This document shows, piece by piece, positions 1-7,119 of a stretch of DNA of 23,993 nucleotides; position 1 is the first letter of the stretch, and every line of letters begins with the position of its first letter. A program made the position numbers and the translations under genes. Source of the DNA: Sandaracinaceae bacterium (lineage in GTDB: Bacteria; Myxococcota_A; Polyangia; Polyangiales; Sandaracinaceae); contig JBGAQA010000096.1 in NCBI GenBank assembly GCA_044220955.1, positions 1 through 23,993 on the forward strand, in the 5' to 3' direction. The notes beneath the pieces were generated by a model. The model saw only the letters and a program-made list of their open reading frames with translations, was not told the DNA's origin and made no database searches.

Positions 1-563
1 CGACCCGGATCGGCGTCGACCAGGTGATCGTCGCGGGGGGCGTGGACAACTCGAACGGCGGCTTCGTCCTGGCCACGCTCGACCTGGTCGTCGAAGGCGG
101 CGTCGCCGGCAGCCGCACCTATCCGACGGGCCTGCGCTTCCCGCACGGAACGGGCAGCTGCCCGAAGTGGGCCGTCCACCTCTCGTTCCTGACGGCGCAC
201 GCCATCTCGCGGCAGTACAGCGTGTTCCCGGACGGGCGCATGTTCTTCTGCTTCGCCAAGGTGCTCGCCGAGCCCACGGCGGGCTCGCTCGCGCGCGGCA
301 GCCTCTACGCGATCGGCATGGGCACGCACGCCGACAACGCGAAGTACCTCGCCTACGCCGACGACATGCCCTTCCTCGACCCGGCGCGCATGGCCGTGCC
401 GGTCGGCACGACCTGCCGCTTCTGCGAACGGACGGACTGCAACCAGCGCGCTGCGCCGAGCTACAAGTTCGCGTTCCGCGTCGATCCCTTCATCAAGAAG
501 GACAACTTCTTCTCGCCGCTGGTCGCGGCCGACGAGAAGGCCGAGCCGAAGAAGCGGCCGTGA
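1..563 (+). CDS. 5'-truncated CDS; C-terminal domain of a short-chain fatty acyl-CoA regulator (ScfR/PrpR/RamB-type); the first ~40 codons look kelch-like instead
   Basis: Frame is open from position 3 to TGA 561-563. It has G-S-C-P-K-W-x-V-H, 'RQYSVFPDGRMFFCFAK' and the Cys motif 'GTTCRFCERTDCNQRAAP', all typical of the ScfR/PrpR C-terminal Fe-S domain. Confidence 0.8.
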   Translation, partial: TRIGVDQVIVAGGVDNSNGGFVLATLDLVVEGGVAGSRTYPTGLRFPHGTGSCPKWAVHLSFLTAHAISRQYSVFPDGRMFFCFAKVLAEPTAGSLARGSLYAIGMGTHADNAKYLAYADDMPFLDPARMAVPVGTTCRFCERTDCNQRAAPSYKFAFRVDPFIKKDNFFSPLVAADEKAEPKKRP

Positions 564-574
564 TCGGCAGTTGT

Positions 575-742
575 GTCGGCTCGCCGCTCCGGCCCCTCCC
601 GTTCGCGGGCTGCGCCCGCTCCGTCCGGCCCTCGTTGGCGAGCGCTCCGTTCGTGATCAACTGCGTCGGCTCGCCGCTTCGGGCCCCTTCCGTCCGCGCG
701 CTCGACGCGCGCTTCCGTCCGGGCCCTCCGGGCGAGCACTCC
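575..742. repeat. Two tandem long copies (575-648, 665-742) of a REP-like palindromic element
   Basis: Both begin GTCGGCTCGCC and end GGCGAGC(G/A)CTCC, with nested inner stems. GTGATC occurs at 560, 653 and 747. The pair fills the gap between two convergent genes. Confidence 0.85.
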
Positions 743-750
743 TTTCGTGA

Positions 751-1947
751 TCAGCCGCCGTCGACGCCGCCGTCGGGCATGCCCGCGTCGCGCGGGAGGT
801 CGGCGCGGTAGTCGCGCCAGGGCAGGAGGTTGCCGGCCAGGTCGTCGACGCAGTGGTGCGCCGAGTCGCACGTGCACGGGGCGTTCACGCAGACACTGTC
901 GGGCGCGACGCAGTCCGCGGCCGTGGTGCAGGGCGCGCCCGAGCGGCCGAACGCGAAGTTGGTGATCACCTCGCCGCGCGCGAACACGCGCGCGACGTCG
1001 CTCGGGGCGCTGTCCGGCACCGGCAGTGGCACGGTGATCGGGCCGAGCAGGAGGGTCGAGGGGTCGCAGTCGGGCACGCCGGTGATCGTCGCGTGCGTGT
1101 AGAACGCCCCCGCGCTCGTGACGGGCGGGATGTTGATGAAGGGCGTGACCTCGCCGAACTGGAGCCCGTCGGTGTCGGCCGCCGGCGGCAGCGAGCGAAC
1201 CGGGGGGATCGGGCCGTTCGTGATCGTGCCCATGTGGTCGTCGCGGTAGTCGAGGTCGAAGCAGACGTGGATCGGGTGCTCGAGGTTGGGTACGGCCTGG
1301 AAGAGGCGCACGCGCACGTTCGCGCCGCTCGGCGGCGTCAAGAAGTCCTCGAAGAACCGGACCTGGACCTGCGGGCACGTGCCCGGGCACTGCACCGGCG
1401 TCCCGGGCAGCACGCCGATCAGCGCCAGCGAGTAGTGGTGATCGACCACCATCGCGTCCGCCGCGTCGATGCGCGCCGTGGCGATCGGCAGGGGCGCCGC
1501 GCCGGCCGCGGGGCAGGCCCCGAGAGCCACGAAGGGCACGTCGGCGCGGTCGTAGAGCCGCAGCTCGTACTGGAAGCCGGGCGCGGCGAAGACCGGTGCG
1601 GGGAGGTACGGCGAGACGCCCGGGCCGGGGAGCGTGCCGTCGCTCATGACGGACGGGTCCGGCTGACCGATGATGTGCGCGGGGGTCGCAGGGATGCCCG
1701 CTCCGGGGATCGCGGCGAGGCAGACGGTGAGGTTCGGGCTCGCTGGGATCAGGTTCACGAGCCGCACGTAGGTCGTTCCCTCGCCGACCCTGCCGGCGTC
1801 CGTGCGGGGCGGGCCGGCGTCGAAGCCCGGCGGCGACGTGTCCCGGAGCGGTCCCGCGTCGGGCCCTGACGCGGGCGACCGACATCCAGCGATCGCCAGC
1901 CCCACCACCGCGAAGCCCACGAGCGACCCCCACGACGACTTACCCAT
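751..1947 (-). CDS. Lipoprotein with two DUF4397-like beta modules and a Cys-rich C-terminus
   Basis: ATG at 1947 with GGAGG upstream; lipobox LAIAG-C; 'YVRLVNLIPASPNLTVCL' and 'VRVRLFQAVPNL..IHVCF' resemble DUF4397 repeat starts; DAG-rich linkers. Confidence 0.7.
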   Translation of the reverse strand: MGKSSWGSLVGFAVVGLAIAGCRSPASGPDAGPLRDTSPPGFDAGPPRTDAGRVGEGTTYVRLVNLIPASPNLTVCLAAIPGAGIPATPAHIIGQPDPSVMSDGTLPGPGVSPYLPAPVFAAPGFQYELRLYDRADVPFVALGACPAAGAAPLPIATARIDAADAMVVDHHYSLALIGVLPGTPVQCPGTCPQVQVRFFEDFLTPPSGANVRVRLFQAVPNLEHPIHVCFDLDYRDDHMGTITNGPIPPVRSLPPAADTDGLQFGEVTPFINIPPVTSAGAFYTHATITGVPDCDPSTLLLGPITVPLPVPDSAPSDVARVFARGEVITNFAFGRSGAPCTTAADCVAPDSVCVNAPCTCDSAHHCVDDLAGNLLPWRDYRADLPRDAGMPDGGVDGG

Positions 1948-2011
1948 CCATTGCCTCCCGGCGCGGCGTCCCGCCATCCGCAGGATACGCCAACTCGGTC
2001 CGTTCCGGCGA

Positions 2012-2419
2012 CTATCGGCCGACGGCCAGGAACAGGGCCCGGTAGCGGTCCGGGATCGGCTGCGAGCGCATCGTGGCCATGTCCATGCACGCGACGACGA
2101 CCTTCCCCGTGACCGCGGGCTCGGAGTCCCCGACCCGCGTCCCGACGTACTCGAACGTGGCGCTCGTGTCGCCGACGCGCGCGACCGACACGAGGATCGC
2201 GAGGCGATCGCCGAAGCGCACCGGACGCTTGTAGTCCGCCTCCGCGTGCACGGCGGGCCAGCCCACGCGCTCGTCGAGGCACTGCCGGTACGGCACGCCG
2301 TGGGCGGCGAACATCTCCTCGAAGGCCTCGTGGAAGAAGTCGAAGAAGCGCGGGTAGTACACGATCTGGGCGTGGTCCTCGTCGGCGAACCGGACGGGGC
2401 GCACGTAGGCGAAGCTCAT
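2012..2419 (-). CDS. Acyl-CoA thioesterase, 4HBT/YbgC hot-dog family (135 aa)
   Basis: 'VRFADEDHAQIVYYPRFFDFFHEAFEE' and 'ADYKRPVRFGD' motifs. ATG 2417-2419 overlaps the upstream stop (ATGA). The upstream part of the 2012..3289 ORF is a shadow of the neighbouring gene. Confidence 0.9.
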   Translation of the reverse strand: MSFAYVRPVRFADEDHAQIVYYPRFFDFFHEAFEEMFAAHGVPYRQCLDERVGWPAVHAEADYKRPVRFGDRLAILVSVARVGDTSATFEYVGTRVGDSEPAVTGKVVVACMDMATMRSQPIPDRYRALFLAVGR

Positions 2420-3240
2420 CGGCCCTCCATGCGCTGCACGCGCGCGAGCTGGCGGGACACCGCGACGAGCTTGCCCGTGCTGTCCCAGAGCTCGCCGTCC
2501 TCCTCCAGGTAGCCCTCGATCAGGCCGCGCGTCGTGAAGCGCGCCGCGAGCATGCCGGGGGCCGGGATCGCGCGGACGTGGACGGTCAGCTCCAGCGTCG
2601 GCACCCAGGGCGTCCGGACCGTCGAGAGGTTCAGCACGGGCGGCGGGAGGGCGTCCGCGAAGAAGACGAGCGAGATCGGATCGGGCGCGGTGCCGTCCCG
2701 GAGCCGCACCCAGCCGTCGAGCACGGCCCGCTCGCTGTGGGGCCTCGGCTCGCCGTCGGGCCCGGGCAGCCAGCTGACCGCGCCCGGGCGCATGGCCACC
2801 TCGACCCGGTCGGCGATCGCGAGCTGGTGGGTCGGTCCTGCGCGGCCTCGCTCGCACTCGTGCTCGGGCGGTAGGCCGTGGGGGGCGACGGTGACGTGGG
2901 TCGGCCCGCGGACGGCCCCGAGATCCCCGAAGACGGCCAGCGTCCGCAAGATCTCCTTGCCGTCCTGGAAGAGGCGGGCCTGGCCGGTCGAGTGGCTCTT
3001 GCCGGCCCGCACCACCTCCACCTCCACCTCGGCCTGGCCCGGCCGGGCTGTGGACAGGAAGTGGGTGGTCACGCTGAAGGGGTGTGGATGGGGCAGCGAG
3101 TCCCGGATGGATTTCGTTGTGATGACGGACAGATAGCCGCCGTTTGGCGCCGTCCCGATGCTCCACCGCCCCGTGATCTCCGTACGAAACCGGCTGGGGC
3201 CGACTCGCTCGAGCCGTGTGTCGTCGTCGAGCTCGCTCAC
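2416..3240 (-). CDS. TesB-like double hot-dog thioesterase family protein
   Basis: 'WSIGTAPNGGY', 'FADALPP', 'VPTLELTVH', 'EEDGELWD..GKLVAVSRQLA'; GTG start. Confidence 0.9.
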   Translation of the reverse strand: MSELDDDTRLERVGPSRFRTEITGRWSIGTAPNGGYLSVITTKSIRDSLPHPHPFSVTTHFLSTARPGQAEVEVEVVRAGKSHSTGQARLFQDGKEILRTLAVFGDLGAVRGPTHVTVAPHGLPPEHECERGRAGPTHQLAIADRVEVAMRPGAVSWLPGPDGEPRPHSERAVLDGWVRLRDGTAPDPISLVFFADALPPPVLNLSTVRTPWVPTLELTVHVRAIPAPGMLAARFTTRGLIEGYLEEDGELWDSTGKLVAVSRQLARVQRMEGR

Positions 3241-3309
3241 GCGCCGCCATGTAGCACGCCGGCCGTGGGAACAATCGACCGAGAAGCATCGTTTTCCGAC
3301 CGGCGTCGA

Positions 3310-3338
3310 TTGACCGAGGGGTCGCTGCCCCGTACCAT
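3310..3338 (+). promoter_or_regulatory. sigma70/sigmaA-type promoter for the CarD/CdnL gene
   Basis: TTGACC (3310-3315), 17-nt spacer, TACCAT (3333-3338). A GC hairpin follows at about 3353-3371 and an AGAGGAG RBS precedes ATG 3430. Confidence 0.7.
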
Positions 3339-3429
3339 TCGGCCCGTTTCAGCGGCCCCTACCGGGGGCCGGCAGGCTCCCGAGACTCTCCGACAACATA
3401 GCCTCCGATTAGAAGGCAGAGGAGTTCGA

Positions 3430-4080
3430 ATGCACGCCCGTACGCATGAGGCCAAGAAGACCGTGAAGGCTCCCTCGAAGGCGAGCCCGAAGAAGCCCGA
3501 GACGAAGACGGCGACGAAGGCGATCGCTGCGGCTCCTGCTCCCGTCGCTCCCACGCCGGTCGTCGGCGCGTTCAAGGTCGGCGACCACGCGGTCTACCCG
3601 GCGCGCGGCGTCGCGGAGATCGTCTCCATCGAGGAGAAGGACATCGCGGGCAAGCGCCAGGCGTTCTACGTCCTGCGCCTGCTCGACACCGACCACAAGA
3701 TCATGGTGCCCGTCGCCAACGCCGCGAGCATCGGGCTGCGCAAGCCCATCAGCGAGGGCGACATCCGCCGCATCTTCCAGATCCTCAAGGTCAAGGACGT
3801 GCCCATCGACACGCAGACCTGGAACCGCCGCCAGCGCGCGTTCGTCGAGAAGCTCTCGACGGGCAGCGTGTTCGAGGTGGCCGAGGTCATGCGCGATCTC
3901 GAGCGCGTGAAGGACGTGAAGGACGCGCTCAGCTTCAGCGAGCGCCAGATGCTCGAGCGCGCGCGCCAGCTCCTCATCAAGGAGATCGCGGTGTCGCGCA
4001 ACAAGAGCGACGACACCGTGCGGGCGCAGATCGATGCGCTCTTCGCGGCCGCGTCCCGCGCCAACGCGAAGGCGAACTGA
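3430..4080 (+). CDS. carD: CarD/CdnL-family RNA polymerase-binding regulator with a Lys/Ala/Pro-rich N-terminal extension
   Basis: 'FKVGDHAVYPARGVAEIVSIE', 'IMVPV', conserved Trp in 'TQTWNRR', 'LSFSERQMLERARQLLIKEIA'; RBS AGGAG before ATG 3430. Closer to myxobacterial CdnL than to HMGA-type CarD. Confidence 0.92.
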   Translation: MHARTHEAKKTVKAPSKASPKKPETKTATKAIAAAPAPVAPTPVVGAFKVGDHAVYPARGVAEIVSIEEKDIAGKRQAFYVLRLLDTDHKIMVPVANAASIGLRKPISEGDIRRIFQILKVKDVPIDTQTWNRRQRAFVEKLSTGSVFEVAEVMRDLERVKDVKDALSFSERQMLERARQLLIKEIAVSRNKSDDTVRAQIDALFAAASRANAKAN

Positions 4081-4106
4081 GCCCTCCGTGATCCGGGGGT
4101 TCGAAG

Positions 4107-4206
4107 GCGACGCGCCCGCTGCGCGTGCGAGCTACGGCTCGCGCGCGCACGCACGCGTTTCCGTCGCACAAACGAGGTTCGCGAGTCGCGCGGGGGCGCG
4201 GCTCGC
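4107..4206 (+). promoter_or_regulatory. Structured intergenic region / 5' leader of the RNase G gene
   Basis: 13-bp stem 4120-4132/4137-4149 with a C(UACG)G tetraloop, inside an outer GCGACG/CGTCGC pairing; second 11-bp stem 4181-4191/4196-4206. Each stem has a G-U pair that only works on the + strand. Confidence 0.55.
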
Positions 4207-4223
4207 AGAAGAAGGTTTCGTTC

Positions 4224-5786
4224 ATGTCCGAGAATACGATCGTGATCAGCGTGGATGCGGGAGAGACCCGCATCGCGCTGATCGAGAATGGGATCCTTTC
4301 CGAGATCATCGTCGAGCGTGACCGCGACAAGAGCCCGGTCGGCAACATCTATCTCGGCAAGGTGACGCGTGTGCTGCCTGGCATGCAGGCGGCGTTCATC
4401 GACATCGGCCTCGACCGCGCCGCGTTCCTGCACGTCGAAGACGTCATCCCGAAGGCGGACTTCGACAAGCTGATGAGCGGCGAGGAGGAGCCCGCGTCCG
4501 GCGAGGGCGAGGGCGAGGACGAGGGCAAGGACGGAAAGGGCGGATCCGGGGCCGACAAGGACGGCCGCCTCTCCCGCAAGACGCCGATCCGCGACGTGCT
4601 CAAGGAAGGGCAGAGCATCGTCGTCCAGGTGAGCAAGGGCCCGATCAGCACCAAGGGCGCGCGCGTCACGAGCCACGTGTCCCTGCCGGGCCGCTTCGTG
4701 GTGTTCATGCCCACGATCGACCACGTCGGGATCAGCAAGCGCATCGGCAGCGACAAGGAGCGCAAGCGCCTGCGCGAGGTGATCGACGGCGTGAAGCCGA
4801 AGACCGGCGGCCTCATCGTCCGCACCGTCGCCGCGGGGCTGACCAAGGGCGGGCTCAAGGCCGACGTCGGCTACCTCGTCAAGACGTGGGAGAGCGTCGC
4901 CGAGAACCAGAAGAAGGTGAAGCGCGCGCCCGCCTGCCTCTACGAGGAGCTCGACATCGTGCTCCGCAGCGCGCGCGATCTGCTCACCGAGGACGTGAAG
5001 AAGATCGTCATCGACGACGCGCAGGAGCACGCGCGGCTGCTCTCGTTCGTCGAGGCGTTCATGCCCGAGCGCGCCAAGGACATCGAGCTCTACGAGGGCA
5101 GCGAGCCGGTCTTCGACGAGTTCGGCATCGAGGACGAGATCGCCCGCTCGCTCGCGCGCAAGGTGCCGCTGCCGAGCGGTGGCTACCTGATCATCGACCA
5201 GGCCGAGGCGCTCACGGCGATCGACGTGAACACCGGGCGCTTCACGGGCAAGGGCAAGGACGTCGAGGAGACGATCCTGCAGACGAACCTCGAGGCCGCG
5301 AAAGAGATCAGCTACCAGCTGCGTTTCAGGAACATCGGCGGCCTGATCGTGCTCGACCTCATCGACATGGAGCGGGGCAACCACCGCGAGAAGGTCTACA
5401 AGGCGCTGGTGCGCGCGCTCGAGGCCGACAAGGCCAAGACGACCGTCGTGCGCATCAGCGAGCTCGGCCTCGTCGAGATGACGCGCAAGAGGACGCGCGA
5501 GTCCCTCGGCCGCACGCTCTACGAGCCCTGCTTCTACTGCGATGGCACGGGGCAGCTCCAGAGCAAGACCACGATCTGTCACGAGATCCTGAGGCAGATC
5601 CGCCGGGAGAAGGACTCGCTCCCCGGCTTCAAGGTGAACGTCAACGCGCACCCGGCGGTGGTGGACGCGATGCAGCGCGAGCAGCGCGACGCGATGGCCA
5701 AGGCCAGCGCGCGCTACGCCAGGCAGATCGTCCTGGTCCCCCGGAAGGACTATCATCTCGAGCAGTTCGACCTGAGCGGAGCGTGA
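4224..5786 (+). CDS. rng: Ribonuclease G (Rne/Rng family, catalytic domain only, 520 aa)
   Basis: 'GNIYLGKVTRVLPGMQAAFIDIG', 'KGARVTSHVSLPGR', 'TAIDVNTG', 'LRFRNIGGLIVLDLIDM', Zn-link 'CFYCDGTG'; ATG 4224. Confidence 0.95.
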   Translation: MSENTIVISVDAGETRIALIENGILSEIIVERDRDKSPVGNIYLGKVTRVLPGMQAAFIDIGLDRAAFLHVEDVIPKADFDKLMSGEEEPASGEGEGEDEGKDGKGGSGADKDGRLSRKTPIRDVLKEGQSIVVQVSKGPISTKGARVTSHVSLPGRFVVFMPTIDHVGISKRIGSDKERKRLREVIDGVKPKTGGLIVRTVAAGLTKGGLKADVGYLVKTWESVAENQKKVKRAPACLYEELDIVLRSARDLLTEDVKKIVIDDAQEHARLLSFVEAFMPERAKDIELYEGSEPVFDEFGIEDEIARSLARKVPLPSGGYLIIDQAEALTAIDVNTGRFTGKGKDVEETILQTNLEAAKEISYQLRFRNIGGLIVLDLIDMERGNHREKVYKALVRALEADKAKTTVVRISELGLVEMTRKRTRESLGRTLYEPCFYCDGTGQLQSKTTICHEILRQIRREKDSLPGFKVNVNAHPAVVDAMQREQRDAMAKASARYARQIVLVPRKDYHLEQFDLSGA

Positions 5787-6151
5787 ACGTGGCCAAGAAG
5801 AAGGACGATGCGAAGACGGACGCGGCGGCAGCTGCCAAGGCGGAGAAGGAGCAACGCACCGGCGATCGCGTCACGATCAACAAGGAGTTCGAGTCCTTCG
5901 ACGCGTTCATCCAGGAGTACGTCACGAACATCAGCCGCACGGGCGTGTTCGTGAAGAGCAAGCAGCCGCTGCCCATCGGGACGAAGGTGAACCTCAAGTT
6001 CACGGTCATCATGGACGACATCGAGACGATCGAGGGCGTCGGCGAGGTCGTGCGCGTGCAGCAGGACCCGCCCGGGATGGGCGTGGTGTTCCGCGAGCTC
6101 AGCCAGTACTCGCAGCACCTGATCGAGCGGCTCCTCACCCCTCAAGGCTGA
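5783..6151 (+). CDS. Stand-alone PilZ-domain protein (myxobacterial TIGR02266-like)
   Basis: RxxxR ('RTGDR') and N-x-S-x-x-G ('NISRTG') c-di-GMP motifs, plus 'GEVVRV..PPGMGVVF'. GTG overlaps the rng stop (GTGA); GTG 5789 is an alternative start. Confidence 0.88.
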   Translation: MNVAKKKDDAKTDAAAAAKAEKEQRTGDRVTINKEFESFDAFIQEYVTNISRTGVFVKSKQPLPIGTKVNLKFTVIMDDIETIEGVGEVVRVQQDPPGMGVVFRELSQYSQHLIERLLTPQG

Positions 6152-6525
6152 TGGCCGACGCCGGCGCGAAGCTCGACAGCGCGACGCTCGCGCGCTGGAC
6201 CGATGCCGAGCTCGACGCGGAGCTGGCGAGGCGCCGGCTCTTGCGCGCCAAGAAGGCGGGTGCCGCACCGGAGGCGGGCGGGCGTGTGGAGCGTGCGCTC
6301 GCCGCCATCGAGAAGGACAAGGAGATCGCCCAGGCCTACGCGAACCTCGAGCTGCCGAAGGGTGCGCCCATCGACGACGTCGAGAAGAAGTACAAGGAGC
6401 TCTCGGCCAGGTACGCCCCCGAGAAGCACGCGAGCGACCCGGGCAAGGTCGAGCTCGCCAAGGAGCTGCGCGCGCAGCTCACGCGCGCCTACGAGCGGCT
6501 CACGGCGTACCTGCGCTCGCGCTGA
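6151..6525 (+). CDS. Small J-domain-like protein with a degenerate HPD motif
   Basis: 'AYANLEL..GA..DDVEKKYKELSARYAPEKH...LTRAYERL' matches J-domain helices I-III; TGATG coupling to the PilZ gene. Confidence 0.8.
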   Translation: MADAGAKLDSATLARWTDAELDAELARRRLLRAKKAGAAPEAGGRVERALAAIEKDKEIAQAYANLELPKGAPIDDVEKKYKELSARYAPEKHASDPGKVELAKELRAQLTRAYERLTAYLRSR

Positions 6526-6552
6526 GACACGCTTGGCGAGCGAGGGCGCGAG

Positions 6553-7119
6553 CTACTCGAAGTTCTGCAGGGCGTAGACGCCGCCCGAGCCCTCGTAGAA
6601 GCCGCAGGCGACCATCGTGTAGCGCGTGCTCGACATGTTGATGTAGTGGCCGTGCGGCGGCGGGCCGTTGAAGTCGCCCGGGCCCTCGTCCCACATCTGC
6701 TGCAGGCAGCCCGTCACCGTGTCGGTGACCGAGGGCCAGCCGGGGCACTCGTTCTGCGCGCTCGGAGAGCCGCAGATGTGGTCGCGGAACGCCTGGTGCG
6801 GATTGGCCGGATGGTCGTGGTCGTACTGCGCCATCTGATCGGCGCAGGCCTCGCCCTCCGTCCAGCGCGCGAGCGGCGGCAGCCCCTGGCAGGCGCATCG
6901 GAACTGGTTGATGCGGTTCACGCAGTCCTGGTGGGGGTCGCCGGTGCTCGCGAGGGGCGTGGGCGCGCAGCCGGCGATCGGGGTCGCCATGGCGGTCGCG
7001 GCCGTGCACGTGCCGGCGAACGGGGAGCCATCGCCCATCGCCGGCGCGCCCGCGCTGCAGCCGACGGCGAGGAGAGAGGCGGCGAGCGCGGCTGCGAAGT
7101 GGAGTGTCCTCGTCGTCAC
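6553..7119 (-). CDS. CAP (SCP/PR-1) domain lipoprotein, paralog 1
   Basis: Lipobox LLAVG-C; 'CVNRINQFR..LPPLARW', 'QNECPGW', 'MWDEGPG', 'GHYINMSS', 'ACGFY..QNF'; GTG overlaps the upstream stop. Confidence 0.85.
   Translation of the reverse strand: MTTRTLHFAAALAASLLAVGCSAGAPAMGDGSPFAGTCTAATAMATPIAGCAPTPLASTGDPHQDCVNRINQFRCACQGLPPLARWTEGEACADQMAQYDHDHPANPHQAFRDHICGSPSAQNECPGWPSVTDTVTGCLQQMWDEGPGDFNGPPPHGHYINMSSTRYTMVACGFYEGSGGVYALQNFE

Noticed and set aside
560..752. Repeat-spacer-like pattern as a possible mini CRISPR array
   Set aside because: The inner parts are homologous to each other and self-complementary, not unique spacers; only two units; no cas genes.
2878..3429. Long N-terminal extension of the CarD ORF as called in the ORF track
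   Set aside because: It overlaps the opposite-strand thioesterase and the promoter; the RBS supports ATG 3430.
4081..4102. Intrinsic terminator after the CarD gene
   Set aside because: Only a 6-bp stem including a G-U pair, and no U-tract.
4886..5782. Possible frameshift fusion or long overlap between rng and the PilZ gene
   Set aside because: The upstream part is an off-frame shadow of rng. rng ends normally, there is no slippery site, and GTGA coupling explains the PilZ start.
6533..6545. TTGGCGAGCG resembling the right end of the REP-like element
   Set aside because: No matching left arm and no CTCC tail; likely chance.
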